DNA from: Planctomycetota bacterium
GTDB lineage: Bacteria; Planctomycetota; PLA2
NCBI GenBank assembly: GCA_036273915.1
Contig: DASUGR010000223.1
Span: 1-61,879, forward strand
Length of the DNA: 61,879 bases
Reading direction: 5' to 3'
The notes under the pieces are model-generated. The model worked only from the letters and a program-made list of their open reading frames with translations. It did no database searches and was not told the origin of the DNA. This document shows, one piece after another, positions 16,882 through 26,231 of the stretch. A program made the translations under genes and the position numbers. The stretch's first letter is position 1; every line of letters begins with the position of its first letter.

Positions 16882-18938
16882 GAGTCGGTCCCTCCTTCCG
16901 AGAGGCTCTGAGGGGGTTCCGGGGGCGGAAGCATGGGCTTCGCGCTCCGGTTGGCCGCGCGGAGGACCCAGATGACGGCCCCGACGAGCCAGATCACGAG
17001 GACGGGGCCGACGACGTTCATCCAGCGGGCGCGGTTCTCGCGGTCCTTCTGGTGCTCGCGCGCCTCGTCGATGCGCGTCCGGAAGGCCGCCTCGTCCATG
17101 TCTCCCTTCTCGACCTCCTGGCGCCAGGCCTTCACGTCCTCCTGGAGCTTCTTGTCCTTGAGCGCGCGGTTCGTGTAGCGCTTCGCGCGCAGCGCGATCA
17201 GCTCCGGCGACCCGGAGAGCCAGTTGACGAGGTTGAGCGCGAGCGACGCGGTCACCTCGGAACGGTCGTTGCCGCCCCCGAGCGCGAGGTCCGAGATGAA
17301 GACCGCGTTCCCGACCACGACGAGCTGCGTCGGGACGCTCGTCTTCACGACCTCGGGCCCCTTCGCCGCCGCGTCGTCCGCTGGCTTGTCCTTGTCCTCG
17401 CCGGGCTTGTCCGCCGGGTTGTCGGCGCCGGGCTTGTCCGCCGGCTTCTCGCCGTCCGCCGGCTTGTTCCCTTCGCCCGAGGGCTTCTCCTCGCCCTCGG
17501 CGGGCTCTTTCTCCTCCCCTTCCCCGGGCCCCTTCCCCTCCGACGCCTTGGCGGCGAGCGAGGGCGGGACCGGCCGATCCGCGAAGTAGGACGTGAACGT
17601 GCCGTCGACGGCGACCGCCAAGGGGCTCGCCATGAGGTCGCCCCGCGACGGGCCGTCCTCCTTCCGGATGTTCCGCATGTCGATCCGGCGGAGGTCCTTC
17701 CACCGCCAGGACTCGTCGGCGTGCGACTGGACGAGCACGGTCGCGTGCCTGCCGTCGAGGCGGTTCTCGAGGACCTCGACCGGGTGCGGCCAGAAGAGGT
17801 CGATCGCTTTGAGCTGCTGAACCGCGGGGTTGTCGGCGTTGATCGCGTCCTCGAGGCCGATCACCGGCCAAAACCAGTTCGGCGCCATGCGCCGCATCGG
17901 GATCTCGCCGATGTCGGTCTTCACCGTGACCTCCACGGGGACCTCGTTCGTGTTCACGAGCTGGAGGACGAATTCGTTGGGGACGCGGACGCCGTTGTGC
18001 TCGAGCCAGCCGTCGAGGCCGGTGTTGAAGGGCTCGTAGCTCCAGTTGGGGTTCCACTGCTGCGGCGGGTTGAGCGTGCCCTCGGTGATGAAGCAGAGCA
18101 CGCGGCCGCCCTTCATCAGGTACTGGTCGAGGCGGAAGACCGCGACGTCGCTCATCTCCTTCGGACGGATGAGGACGAGGAGCGGGACCTTCTTGGGGTC
18201 GAGGTCCTCGCGGTCGAGGTCGAGGTCCTCGCGGTCGAGGTCGACGTCCTCGAGCTCGTAGCCCTCGCCGAGCTTGCTGCGGATCTCGTTGAACTCCGGC
18301 CGCGGCTGCTGCATCCCCATCATCGGGTTGCCGCCGCCCTCCCGCTCGAGGTAGCCAGTGATGCCCACATGCGTCTTGCCGTGCGCGAACTCGAGGAGCT
18401 TGCCGGAGATCTCGTTCTCGAGGACCGAGAGGCCCTCGTAGCCCTGCGGGTAGCGCTCGGCGATGTTGATCACGTAGGGCGCACGGTCGCCGTAAATCAG
18501 GACGATCGAGCCGTAGACCTGCTGCCACGACGCGCCGGTGGCCTCGCTCACGGCGATCTGGGTCTCCTGCACGCCGTAGGTCTTGGCCTCGTCGCGCGCG
18601 GAGACGCTCTCGAGCGGGTCGTAGCGCTCCACCTTGATCTTGCCGTTGCTGTGCGCCTCGTACTCCGCCAGGATGTCGAAGACCTGGCGCTGCATCGGGA
18701 CGACGCGCTCGGGGATCCGCCCGCTGAAGTAGGCGCGGATCGTGAGCGGGTCGGGAAGCGACGAGGCGATCTCGTGGCTCACGGGGGAGATCGAGAAGCG
18801 GTTGTCCTCGGTCAGGTCCAGGCGCACGATCCAGTTCTGGACGGCGAGGAGGCCGAACACGATCACGAGCAGGAGCAGGGCCGTCCGGATGACGACCTTC
18901 GAGATCAGGTACTCGTAGAACTGCTTTTCGCGCGCCAT
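16878..18938 (-). CDS. GldG-like ABC-transporter auxiliary protein (ABC-type uncharacterised transport system family)
   Basis: ATG at 18938 preceded by ggaggtggaggtaaag. Begins MAREKQFYEYLISKVVIRTALLLLVIVFGLLAV...DLTEDNRFSISP. Has a C-terminal TM segment. Sits in ATPase, permease, GldG, DUF4340 gene order. Confidence 0.8.
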   Translation of the reverse strand: MAREKQFYEYLISKVVIRTALLLLVIVFGLLAVQNWIVRLDLTEDNRFSISPVSHEIASSLPDPLTIRAYFSGRIPERVVPMQRQVFDILAEYEAHSNGKIKVERYDPLESVSARDEAKTYGVQETQIAVSEATGASWQQVYGSIVLIYGDRAPYVINIAERYPQGYEGLSVLENEISGKLLEFAHGKTHVGITGYLEREGGGNPMMGMQQPRPEFNEIRSKLGEGYELEDVDLDREDLDLDREDLDPKKVPLLVLIRPKEMSDVAVFRLDQYLMKGGRVLCFITEGTLNPPQQWNPNWSYEPFNTGLDGWLEHNGVRVPNEFVLQLVNTNEVPVEVTVKTDIGEIPMRRMAPNWFWPVIGLEDAINADNPAVQQLKAIDLFWPHPVEVLENRLDGRHATVLVQSHADESWRWKDLRRIDMRNIRKEDGPSRGDLMASPLAVAVDGTFTSYFADRPVPPSLAAKASEGKGPGEGEEKEPAEGEEKPSGEGNKPADGEKPADKPGADNPADKPGEDKDKPADDAAAKGPEVVKTSVPTQLVVVGNAVFISDLALGGGNDRSEVTASLALNLVNWLSGSPELIALRAKRYTNRALKDKKLQEDVKAWRQEVEKGDMDEAAFRTRIDEAREHQKDRENRARWMNVVGPVLVIWLVGAVIWVLRAANRSAKPMLPPPEPPQSLSEGGTDS
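18201..18242. repeat. perfect 21-bp tandem duplication inside the GldG-like gene
   Basis: gaggtcctcgcggtcgaggtc occurs at 18201-18221 and 18222-18242. It is in frame and encodes DLDREDL twice. Confidence 0.8.
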
Positions 18939-18940
18939 CT

Positions 18941-19663
18941 TTACCTCCACCTCCGCAGGTCGATCGCGCGGACGTTCAGGTAGAGGAAGAACACCGTCAT
19001 CGCGAAGAAGTAGAAGAGGTCCCGTATGTCGATCACGCCGCGGCCGATCGATTCGTATCGCGTCATGGGGCTGATCGTGCGGAAGATGTGCACCAGCCAT
19101 CCCCCGGGAGAGAGCTGGTCGGTGACGATCGGGTGGCCGATGAGGACGAGCGTCATCAGGAAGATCACGCCGAGCAGGAGCGAGACGATCTGGTCCTGCG
19201 TGAAGGCGGAGAGGAACATCGCGACCGCGATGAACGTCGCGCCGAGGAAGATCGAGCCCAGGTAGCCGCCGATCGTCGGGCCCCAGTCGAGCGGGCCGAA
19301 CTGGTTCGCGGTCACCGGGACGTAGATCGTGGTCAGCGCGCACAGAACGACGAGCACGAGGCCGGCGAGGAATTTCGCGACCACGATGTGCCACGTCTCG
19401 ATGGGCGACGTGAGCAGGAACTCGATGGTCCCCTGCTTGCGCTCCTCCGCCCACATGCGCATCGTGAGTCCGGGGATCACGATCGCGAACATGATCGGGA
19501 AGTAGGCGAAGAGGCCGTCCGTCGTCGCCTGGCCGTAGAGGAAGAAGCTGCTGAAGAAGAGGTAGGTGACGAAGACGACGAAGACGGAGAGGAAGGTGTA
19601 GGCGATAGGCGAGAGGAAGATCTGCCTGATCTCCTTCCAGGAGAGGACGACCACGCTACGCAT
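18941..19663 (-). CDS. ABC-2 type transporter permease (GldF-like)
   Basis: 240 aa, six hydrophobic segments. Begins MRSVVVLSWKEIRQIFLSPIAYTFLSVF. Overlaps the ATPase gene by 8 nt. Confidence 0.8.
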   Translation of the reverse strand: MRSVVVLSWKEIRQIFLSPIAYTFLSVFVVFVTYLFFSSFFLYGQATTDGLFAYFPIMFAIVIPGLTMRMWAEERKQGTIEFLLTSPIETWHIVVAKFLAGLVLVVLCALTTIYVPVTANQFGPLDWGPTIGGYLGSIFLGATFIAVAMFLSAFTQDQIVSLLLGVIFLMTLVLIGHPIVTDQLSPGGWLVHIFRTISPMTRYESIGRGVIDIRDLFYFFAMTVFFLYLNVRAIDLRRWR

Positions 19664-20426
19664 CGGTCCCCCCCTCCGCGGGCGCGGCCGGCGTGAGCGG
19701 CTCGCCGCTCCCCCCCGCGCCCCCCCTCGTCAACGCGTGGAAGGCCTGCTCGAGGCTTCCATGCTGGCGGCGCAGCTCGCCCGCGTGCGTATCCGCGACG
19801 ATCTTGCCCTCGTTCACGATCACCACGTGGTCCGAGAGCGCGTCGACCTCCTGCAGGATGTGCGTCGAGAGGATGATCGTCTTCACCTGCGAGAAGCGCC
19901 GGATGAGCGCCCGCACGTCGAGGATCTGGTTCGGGTCGAGGCCCGCGGTCGGCTCGTCGAGGATCAGGACCTCGGGGTCGTGCAGGATCGCCTGCGCGAA
20001 GCCGACGCGCTGCTTCTGGCCGCGCGAGAGCACGCCGATCGGGCGCTTCCAGAACGCATCCAGGTGGCACATCTCCGCGACCCAGGCGAGCCGCCCGCGC
20101 CGAGCGTGCGCCGGGATGCCGCGGAGCCGCGCGGTGAAGCCGAGGAACTCGTCCACCTGCATGTCGTAGTAGAGCGGCGTCGTCTCCGGCAGGTAGCCGA
20201 TCCGGCGGCGGACGTCGAGCGGGTGCTCGATCACGTCGGTCCCGGCGACCGTCGCCCTCCCCGCCGACGGCGAGATGTAGCCGGTCAGGATCTTCATCGT
20301 GGTCGACTTGCCGGCGCCGTTCGGCCCGAGAAAGGCGAGGATCTCGCCCTTGGGCACGGAGAAGGTGACGTCCCTGAGCGCCGGGAAATCGCCGTAGAAC
20401 TTCGTTAATCCCGATACCTCGATCAT
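19656..20426 (-). CDS. ABC transporter ATP-binding protein (GldA-like)
   Basis: Walker A GPNGAGKST, signature LSRGQKQR, Walker B LILDEPTAGLD. Confidence 0.9.
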   Translation of the reverse strand: MIEVSGLTKFYGDFPALRDVTFSVPKGEILAFLGPNGAGKSTTMKILTGYISPSAGRATVAGTDVIEHPLDVRRRIGYLPETTPLYYDMQVDEFLGFTARLRGIPAHARRGRLAWVAEMCHLDAFWKRPIGVLSRGQKQRVGFAQAILHDPEVLILDEPTAGLDPNQILDVRALIRRFSQVKTIILSTHILQEVDALSDHVVIVNEGKIVADTHAGELRRQHGSLEQAFHALTRGGAGGSGEPLTPAAPAEGGTDA

Positions 20427-20458
20427 GGAGCCTCCCGCACTCCCTACCTATACGCGGG

Positions 20459-20499
20459 CGGCGCGCCCCGGAGCCAAGTCGGCCTCCCGGGGCGCGCGC
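20459..20499 (-). terminator. 13-bp GC hairpin immediately 3' of tRNA-Ala
   Basis: Arms 20459-20471 and 20487-20499 (core gcgcgccccgg / ccggggcgcgc) with a 15-nt loop. It abuts the tRNA CCA end at 20500. Confidence 0.5.
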
Positions 20500-20575
20500 T
20501 GGTGGACCTGAGGAGATTCGAACTCCTGACCTCTTCATTGCGAACGAAGCGCTCTACCAATTGAGCTACAGGCCC
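20500..20575 (-). tRNA. tRNA-Ala (anticodon CGC), CCA encoded
   Basis: The reverse complement folds as a 76-nt cloverleaf: GGGCCTG/CAGGTCC acceptor stem with G3:U70, GCTC/GAGC D stem, CTTCG/TGAAG anticodon stem, loop TTCGCAA, AGGAG/CTCCT T stem with TTCGAAT loop, then ACCA. Confidence 0.95.
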
Positions 20576-20651
20576 GCCGTGAAGCCCCAGAGTATAGCGG
20601 CCCCGCGCCGGTCCGGAAAAAGTGCGCGCGGCGGGGGAGAATGGGGTCTCC

Positions 20652-21638
20652 ATGCGCCGGGCGACCCTCCTCGTCCTCGCCTCGCTCGCCTTCGGCCAGG
20701 ACGCCGACGAGCCCGCAGACAGCCGCCTCGACGAGGCGAACAAGAAGGCTGCTGCGGAGGTCCGCCGGACCTACGCCCGGGAGGGGAAGAGCCTCCCGAC
20801 GCAGCTCAAGGGGCTCCGCAAGGAGGACCTGATCGTCGTCGGGGGGCTCTTCGATTTCGTGCAGGAGGTGCTCGTCGCCCACCGGGTCGAGTTCACGGTC
20901 ATCACGCCCGCGGAGCTCGAGCACGTGGAGCTGACGGATCCGTGGCGGAAGGTCTTCCTGCTCAACTGCCACCTGATCGACCGGCACTTCCCGGCGACCG
21001 AGCCGGCGCGCCCGCGCGCCTCCGAGGAGGAGGCGCAGGGAAAGCTCGAGCGGGTTCTCGACGAGGCGGGGCTCAAGGGCGACACGGCGCCCGGCAAGGC
21101 GATTCGCGAGCGCTTCGCCGAGGTGCGGCACTTCGCGGGCAGCGACTACACGGAGAAGGGGCTCGCGCGCCTCGGCGCGGCGATCCGCGACGGCGCGTGG
21201 GCGATGTCGACCGACTGGGCCGTGCTCGTCTGGGAGAAGGCGCTCCCGGGCACGATCCGCTGGACCGGGCACACGACCTACGAGGAGAAGATCGAGGTGA
21301 AGCCCGCGCTGGCAGGCCGCCGCGACCCGCTCCTCGAGGGCGTGTTCCCCGAGCCGAAGGCGCGCTGGTGGCTCGAGACCGAGTCCTACCTCTTCGCGGT
21401 CGAGGGGCGCCACCGCGTCCTTGTCGACAGCACGCAGCTCGGGGCCCGCTACGGCGGCAACCGGAACATCGTGGTGCTGGCCGAGGCGGGGAAGGGTCGC
21501 ATCCTCCACGCGCTCCCCCACGCCTACCTGGCGAAGGGGAACGAGAAGGACCTGACCGCCATGCAGCGGCTGCTGGTCAACCTGCTCGTCGCGAAGTCCC
21601 TCGAGAACTGGAAGAAGAGGCCGCCCGACGAGGACTGA
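20652..21638 (+). CDS. secreted hypothetical protein
   Basis: Start chosen at MRRATLLVLASLAFGQDA (ATG 20652), a signal peptide. No recognisable catalytic motif. Confidence 0.55.
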   Translation: MRRATLLVLASLAFGQDADEPADSRLDEANKKAAAEVRRTYAREGKSLPTQLKGLRKEDLIVVGGLFDFVQEVLVAHRVEFTVITPAELEHVELTDPWRKVFLLNCHLIDRHFPATEPARPRASEEEAQGKLERVLDEAGLKGDTAPGKAIRERFAEVRHFAGSDYTEKGLARLGAAIRDGAWAMSTDWAVLVWEKALPGTIRWTGHTTYEEKIEVKPALAGRRDPLLEGVFPEPKARWWLETESYLFAVEGRHRVLVDSTQLGARYGGNRNIVVLAEAGKGRILHALPHAYLAKGNEKDLTAMQRLLVNLLVAKSLENWKKRPPDED

Positions 21639-21639
21639 A

Positions 21640-21666
21640 ATGCACTATATACTATGCATAGTGCAT
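21640..21666. terminator. AT-rich 9-bp inverted repeat between convergent genes
   Basis: atgcactat (21640-21648), 9-nt loop, atagtgcat (21658-21666). It starts 2 nt after the stop at 21638 and ends 15 nt before the stop at 21681. Confidence 0.45.
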
Positions 21667-21680
21667 AGCGTATAGCGCAC

Positions 21681-22925
21681 CTACGCTTCCGCAGGCGGCG
21701 GCTCGACCCGGACCTCCAACACGCGGTTGTCCTCCACCAGCGCGGCGACGAGCCGCACGTGCGCCTCGGTGAGCACGTCTCCCTTCCGGGGGACGCGGCC
21801 GAGGCTCTCGGCGAAGAACCCGCCGAGCGTGCGCGCCTCCTCGGCGGGAAGCCCGAGCCGGAGGCGCTCGTTCACTGCCCGCACGCTCACGTCCCCGCGC
21901 ACGGCCCACGCGCCGCCGGGAAGCTCCCGGAACGGCGGGACCTCCTCGACGTCGTGCTCGTCGCGGATCTCCCCCACCAGCTCCTCGAGCACGTCCTCGA
22001 GCGTGACGATGCCCTCGGTGCCGCCGTACTCGTCCTTCACCATCGCCAGGTGGACGCCGCTGCGCCGCATCTGCGCGAGCAGCTTCCAGAGCGGCAGCGT
22101 CGCCGGGACGCGGAGCGCCTCGCGCACGGCGCGGCGCGCCGTCCACCCCTCCTGCTCCGTCGCCGAGAGCCGCAGCAGATCCTTCGCCGCGAGGTAGCCG
22201 AGCTCCGCGTCGAGCGAGCCGTCGGTCACGACGAGGCGGGAATAGTGCTCGCGGCGGAACACCTCGAGGCACTGCCCGAAGGTCGCGCCCGCGCTCACCC
22301 CCACCACGTCCACCCGCGGCACGAGGACGTCGCCCGCCGTCTTCCACTCGAGCGAGAGGCCGCCCTCGAGGACGCGCGCGAGCGTGCGGTCGAGCGTGCC
22401 CGTCCGGACCCCCTCCGCCACGGCCGCCCGCACCTCGGCGAGGCCGATCTCCCGCCTCCCGCGGAGGATCGTGCTGAGCGGCCGCGTGAGGGCCTCGAGC
22501 GGCCACACGACGGGCGTGAGGAGGCGCAGGACCGCCGAGAGCGGCGCCGAGGCGAACTTCGCGAAGCGGACGGGGCGCGCGGCGGCGAATGCCTTGGGCA
22601 GGAACTCGCCGAAGAGGACGAGGACGGGCGTGCTCACGAGCGTCGCGACCGCTGCGCCAGCGCTCTGGCTGCCGTAGACCCCCGTGAAATACGACCCCAT
22701 GATGACGGCGCCGAGGATGTTCACGATGTTGTTGCCGACGAGGATCCCGGCGAGGAGGCGCCGCGGGTCGTCGATGAGGGCGAGGACGCGGCGGGCGCCG
22801 ACGTCGCCCTCGCCGGCGAGGTGCCGCAGCCGGAGGCGGTTCGCCCCGATCAGCGCCGTCTCCGACCCCGAGAAGAAGGCGCTCATGACAAGGCAGGCGA
22901 GGAAGATCGCGATTTCCGGCGGCAT
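21681..22925 (-). CDS. CNNM/HlyC/CorC family transporter (DUF21-CBS pair-CorC_HlyC)
   Basis: 414 aa. N-terminal membrane DUF21 (FFSGSETAL), a CBS region, and C-terminal transporter-associated domain [17 protein letters not shown]. Confidence 0.88.
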   Translation of the reverse strand: MPPEIAIFLACLVMSAFFSGSETALIGANRLRLRHLAGEGDVGARRVLALIDDPRRLLAGILVGNNIVNILGAVIMGSYFTGVYGSQSAGAAVATLVSTPVLVLFGEFLPKAFAAARPVRFAKFASAPLSAVLRLLTPVVWPLEALTRPLSTILRGRREIGLAEVRAAVAEGVRTGTLDRTLARVLEGGLSLEWKTAGDVLVPRVDVVGVSAGATFGQCLEVFRREHYSRLVVTDGSLDAELGYLAAKDLLRLSATEQEGWTARRAVREALRVPATLPLWKLLAQMRRSGVHLAMVKDEYGGTEGIVTLEDVLEELVGEIRDEHDVEEVPPFRELPGGAWAVRGDVSVRAVNERLRLGLPAEEARTLGGFFAESLGRVPRKGDVLTEAHVRLVAALVEDNRVLEVRVEPPPAEA

Positions 22926-22962
22926 GGGGCCATTGTGCGGCCCGAGGGCCCTCGGGCGAAGG

Positions 22963-22984
22963 GAATCCCGGGGGGGCTGGGGGG
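22963..22984 (+). repeat. bipartite poly-G element copy (G-strand on +)
   Basis: gaatccc-G7-ct-G6 in the gap between 22925 and 23004. Confidence 0.6.
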
Positions 22985-23003
22985 CCGCGCCTCCCGCGCC
23001 GGA

Positions 23004-23372
23004 TCAGTCTTCCTGGTGGGCGCCGAGCAGCTTCGAGAGCTTGTCCTTGTACCGGTCCGACTTCCCGAGCCAGTCGAACCGGCAGGCGATCTCGGTGCCG
23101 GCGGGATCCTCGCGCACGCGCAGCACCTCGCCGAGGAAGTAGAGCGGCTCGTCGAAGCCGGGCACGGTGATCTCGACCGCGAGGTGGTCGCCCACCTGCG
23201 CGGCCGTGTCGGGGCTCACGAAGCAGATGCCCCCGAGGCTCACGTCGTTCGTGAAGCCGGGGACCTCGCGCCCCTGCCCCCCGCAGATCCCGAAGCGGAC
23301 CTTGTAGGAGGCGCTGAGACGCGGATAGTCGCGCCGGTCGAGGACCGGTTCCGTTTCCTTCGACGACCCCAC
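23004..23372 (-). CDS. PilZ domain protein (c-di-GMP receptor)
   Basis: GTG at 23372 after aaggga. RRDYPR (RxxxR) and DVSLGG (DxSxxG) motifs have correct spacing. The longer track ORF would overlap the divergent gene. Confidence 0.65.
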   Translation of the reverse strand: MGSSKETEPVLDRRDYPRLSASYKVRFGICGGQGREVPGFTNDVSLGGICFVSPDTAAQVGDHLAVEITVPGFDEPLYFLGEVLRVREDPAGTEIACRFDWLGKSDRYKDKLSKLLGAHQED

Positions 23373-23415
23373 GCTTCCCTTATCGGCTGAAACCGCCAGC
23401 GGTAGAATCCCCCCG

Positions 23416-26175
23416 GTGCTTCCGGCCCTTCTCGCCCTGGTCCTCATGCCGGAGGCCTCCTCCCCCGAGGAGGCGGAAGCCAAAGCCACCCAAGCACTTA
23501 CGGCGGGAGACATCCCGGCCGCGCTCGACGCGTTCGAAGAGGCGATCCGGCTCGTCCCCGACACGCCCCGAAAACTCCGCCTTCGCGACCGCTACATCGC
23601 GGCAGGGTGGGCGGAGCCCCGGCCGCCGAGCCCGCGCGAGGAGGAGGCGCTCGCCGGATTCGTCCGCGAGGAGAAGCTCCGCGTCTTCGGCCTCGCCGCC
23701 GACCGCTTCGAGCAGGAGGACCGGATCCAGGCGGCGATCCTCATGCGCAACGTGCTCGCCGACCTCGCCGGGGGCGAGGCCACCGATCGGGGCAAGGGCG
23801 AGATCGAGAAGGCGCGTGCGCTCGTGCGCAAGCTGACCGAGGGGCCGACCGCGGAGGACCAGGCCGACGTCGAGAAGATCCTGCGCGCGCACAAGAGCGG
23901 GGAGGGCCTGCTCAAGGCGGCGGCGAAGCTCCTCGGGGAACGGCGCTACCGCGCCGTCGTCCGCCTCTGCCAGGAGATGATGTTCGGGAAGTTCGACCAG
24001 GAGATCCAGAACCGCGCGGTCGCGCTCCGCAAGGAGGCGGAGGACAAGGCGGCGGCCGACCTCCTGGCGGCCGACAAGGAGGCGGTCCGGAAGGTCCTCG
24101 AGGACGAGCGTTTCGAGTGCCTCGACGTCGCCCGTTCGCGGCACTTCCTCTTCCTCGGGCCCCAGCAGTTCGTGACGTCGATCACCCCGGCCGAGCGCAC
24201 GCTGCTCGACCTCGCGTACATCTTCCAGTCGGACCTCGCCTCCCAGCCGCTCACGAACGACGGCGTCCGGATCTGCGTCTACTACCAGGAGACGTTCGAC
24301 TTCGGCGGCGGGCTCGCCCTCGCCGGAGGGAAGTACATCCGGATCGGCTGCCGCGCCATCGGGCACCCGATCTCCGGGATGCTCCACTACCACGAGCTCG
24401 GCCACTGCATCTTCGGAAGGGGCTGGCTCCACGACGGGTTCACGGAGGGGCTCGCCGATTTCGCGGCCGGCTTCTCGCTCGACATGCTCGGGGACACGAG
24501 GGAGGCGCAGGGATTCATCACCGAGTCGCGCGAGCAGTTCGTCCGCTTCTTCCTCGGCCGCGACGTGCGGTACTTCGACATCCAGCCCTACCGCCCCTCC
24601 GCCGGGTTCCTCTTCAGCTTCCTCCCTCCGGGCGAGGCCCCGTTCGACTGGGCGCCCTACCGCCGCGTCTTCCACCGGATGCGCGACGCGCAGTTCGGGA
24701 TGTGGCCGGAGCAGGAGCACCAGCTCATGCGGTACTTCGGCTACCTCCTCTCGACCGAGTACGGCAAGGGCACGCTCGAGCTGCTCCAGGAGTGGGGCTG
24801 GCCGGTCGCGCGCGGCGACTTCGCGCGCGTGCCCGCGGAAGCGGACGGGCTCCTCTCCGACGCGAAGCGCGCCGACTTCCTCGTCGAGAGGGACGTCGCC
24901 GAGGCGGAGTCGATGGCTCGGGAGGTCCTCGAGGCGGGGGCGACCGGCGAGGTCGCGGCGCGCGCGCGGTACGCGCTCCTCCGCGCCGCGGTCGCGCGCG
25001 GCGACCACGCGGAGGCGGACCGGCGGCGCCGCGACCTGGGCATCGTCGACGCCTTCCTCGTCCTCGGCCCCTACCACGCGCGCGGCCGGACCGCCCATGT
25101 GGTCTTCCCGCCGGAGATCCGGGTCGACCCGTCGAGACCCGTGACGGTCGGCTCCGAGACGAACACGTGGAAGGTGGCGCGCATCGAGGGGACCGGGTTC
25201 GTGAACCTAAGGGACCAGGGGTTCGCCTACCCGGAGAACGCGTGCGCGTTCGCGCTCGCCTACGTCCACGCGGACGGCGCGCTGCCCGTCCGCGTCTGGA
25301 CCGGGAGCGACGACGGGCACACGCTCTACCTGGACGGCGAGCTGCTCGAGAAGCGCGCGACGAGCCGTGCCTTCCGCTTCGACGACGACTTCGCCGACGG
25401 GCAGATCCGAGCCGGGTGGAACCGGCTGCTGCTCAAGGTGCACAACGGCGACGGCGAGTGGGGGTTCCTCGCCCGCATCACCGACCGCGACGGCAAGGCG
25501 ATCCCGGGCCTCCGCGTGACGTCCGGGAACAAGGAGTCCTCCGTGACGCCGTTCGTCGCGCCGAGGACGAAGGCGGTCCCGATCGTCCAGGACGACTTCC
25601 GCGGGCTCGCGCCGACGCGCTGGCGGACGACGGTCGGCAGCTTCGACGCGCAGAACGGGATGCTGCGCCCGCGCGGCACGGCGAAGGTCGGGCTGTGGGA
25701 GCGCTTCCGCGTCGATCCCGACCACCCGAAGGACGGCCCCAGCAACATCGTGTGGCTCGTCGATCCGGACCTGCCGCGCGCCGACTCGTTCGACCTCGAG
25801 CTTGTGGTCGCGGCGCAGGGCAAGGAGGGCCTGCCGGCGAAGTTCGGGCTGACGGTCGACGGCGAGAACGAAGACGACGCGCAGTCGGGGCACACGTTCG
25901 TCGTCGACGTGGACGACGGCAAGCTCCGCTGCCACTGGTACCGCTACGACCAGTTGCTCTTCCTGCAGCCGGGCGCGGAGGTGAAGCCCGCCGAGGAGTA
26001 CCGCGTCCACCTGCGCCGGCTCGGCCGCAAGTGGTGGCTCTTCGTGAACGACGTCCCGCTGTTCGACGGGGTGGATGTGCCGCGGCTGCCGGCGTCCGGG
26101 TTCGGCATCCTTGCTTGGGGGGCCGCGCCCTCCTTTGCCTCGTTCAAGCTCGCGCGCCTCGACGAGGCTCGGTAG
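23416..26175 (+). CDS. large multidomain protein: Peptidase_MA-like zinc metallopeptidase core, beta-sandwich, and LamG/DUF1080-like C-terminal domain
   Basis: 919 aa. HELGH (24391-24405) is followed by W..DGFTEGLADF, like the HExxH...EG.A arrangement of MA-clan Peptidase_MA_2 proteins. The C-terminus ...GFGILAWGAAPSFASFKLARL is lectin/glucanase-fold-like. Confidence 0.7.
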   Translation: MLPALLALVLMPEASSPEEAEAKATQALTAGDIPAALDAFEEAIRLVPDTPRKLRLRDRYIAAGWAEPRPPSPREEEALAGFVREEKLRVFGLAADRFEQEDRIQAAILMRNVLADLAGGEATDRGKGEIEKARALVRKLTEGPTAEDQADVEKILRAHKSGEGLLKAAAKLLGERRYRAVVRLCQEMMFGKFDQEIQNRAVALRKEAEDKAAADLLAADKEAVRKVLEDERFECLDVARSRHFLFLGPQQFVTSITPAERTLLDLAYIFQSDLASQPLTNDGVRICVYYQETFDFGGGLALAGGKYIRIGCRAIGHPISGMLHYHELGHCIFGRGWLHDGFTEGLADFAAGFSLDMLGDTREAQGFITESREQFVRFFLGRDVRYFDIQPYRPSAGFLFSFLPPGEAPFDWAPYRRVFHRMRDAQFGMWPEQEHQLMRYFGYLLSTEYGKGTLELLQEWGWPVARGDFARVPAEADGLLSDAKRADFLVERDVAEAESMAREVLEAGATGEVAARARYALLRAAVARGDHAEADRRRRDLGIVDAFLVLGPYHARGRTAHVVFPPEIRVDPSRPVTVGSETNTWKVARIEGTGFVNLRDQGFAYPENACAFALAYVHADGALPVRVWTGSDDGHTLYLDGELLEKRATSRAFRFDDDFADGQIRAGWNRLLLKVHNGDGEWGFLARITDRDGKAIPGLRVTSGNKESSVTPFVAPRTKAVPIVQDDFRGLAPTRWRTTVGSFDAQNGMLRPRGTAKVGLWERFRVDPDHPKDGPSNIVWLVDPDLPRADSFDLELVVAAQGKEGLPAKFGLTVDGENEDDAQSGHTFVVDVDDGKLRCHWYRYDQLLFLQPGAEVKPAEEYRVHLRRLGRKWWLFVNDVPLFDGVDVPRLPASGFGILAWGAAPSFASFKLARLDEAR

Positions 26176-26188
26176 AGCCCGATCCTCA

Positions 26189-26201
26189 GGGGGTCCGGGG
26201 G
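26189..26201 (+). repeat. bipartite poly-G element copy (G-strand on +)
   Basis: G5-tcc-G5, 14 nt after the stop at 26175. Confidence 0.45.
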
Positions 26202-26231
26202 CGCTCCCGGGCCTGCCCCGCCGAGGCTCCG

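Noticed and set aside
20427-20651. tRNA-Ala as a possible integration site for a genomic island
   Set aside because: No integrase, no direct repeat of the tRNA 3' end and no compositional shift were seen on either side. The flanking genes are an ordinary ABC operon and a secreted protein.
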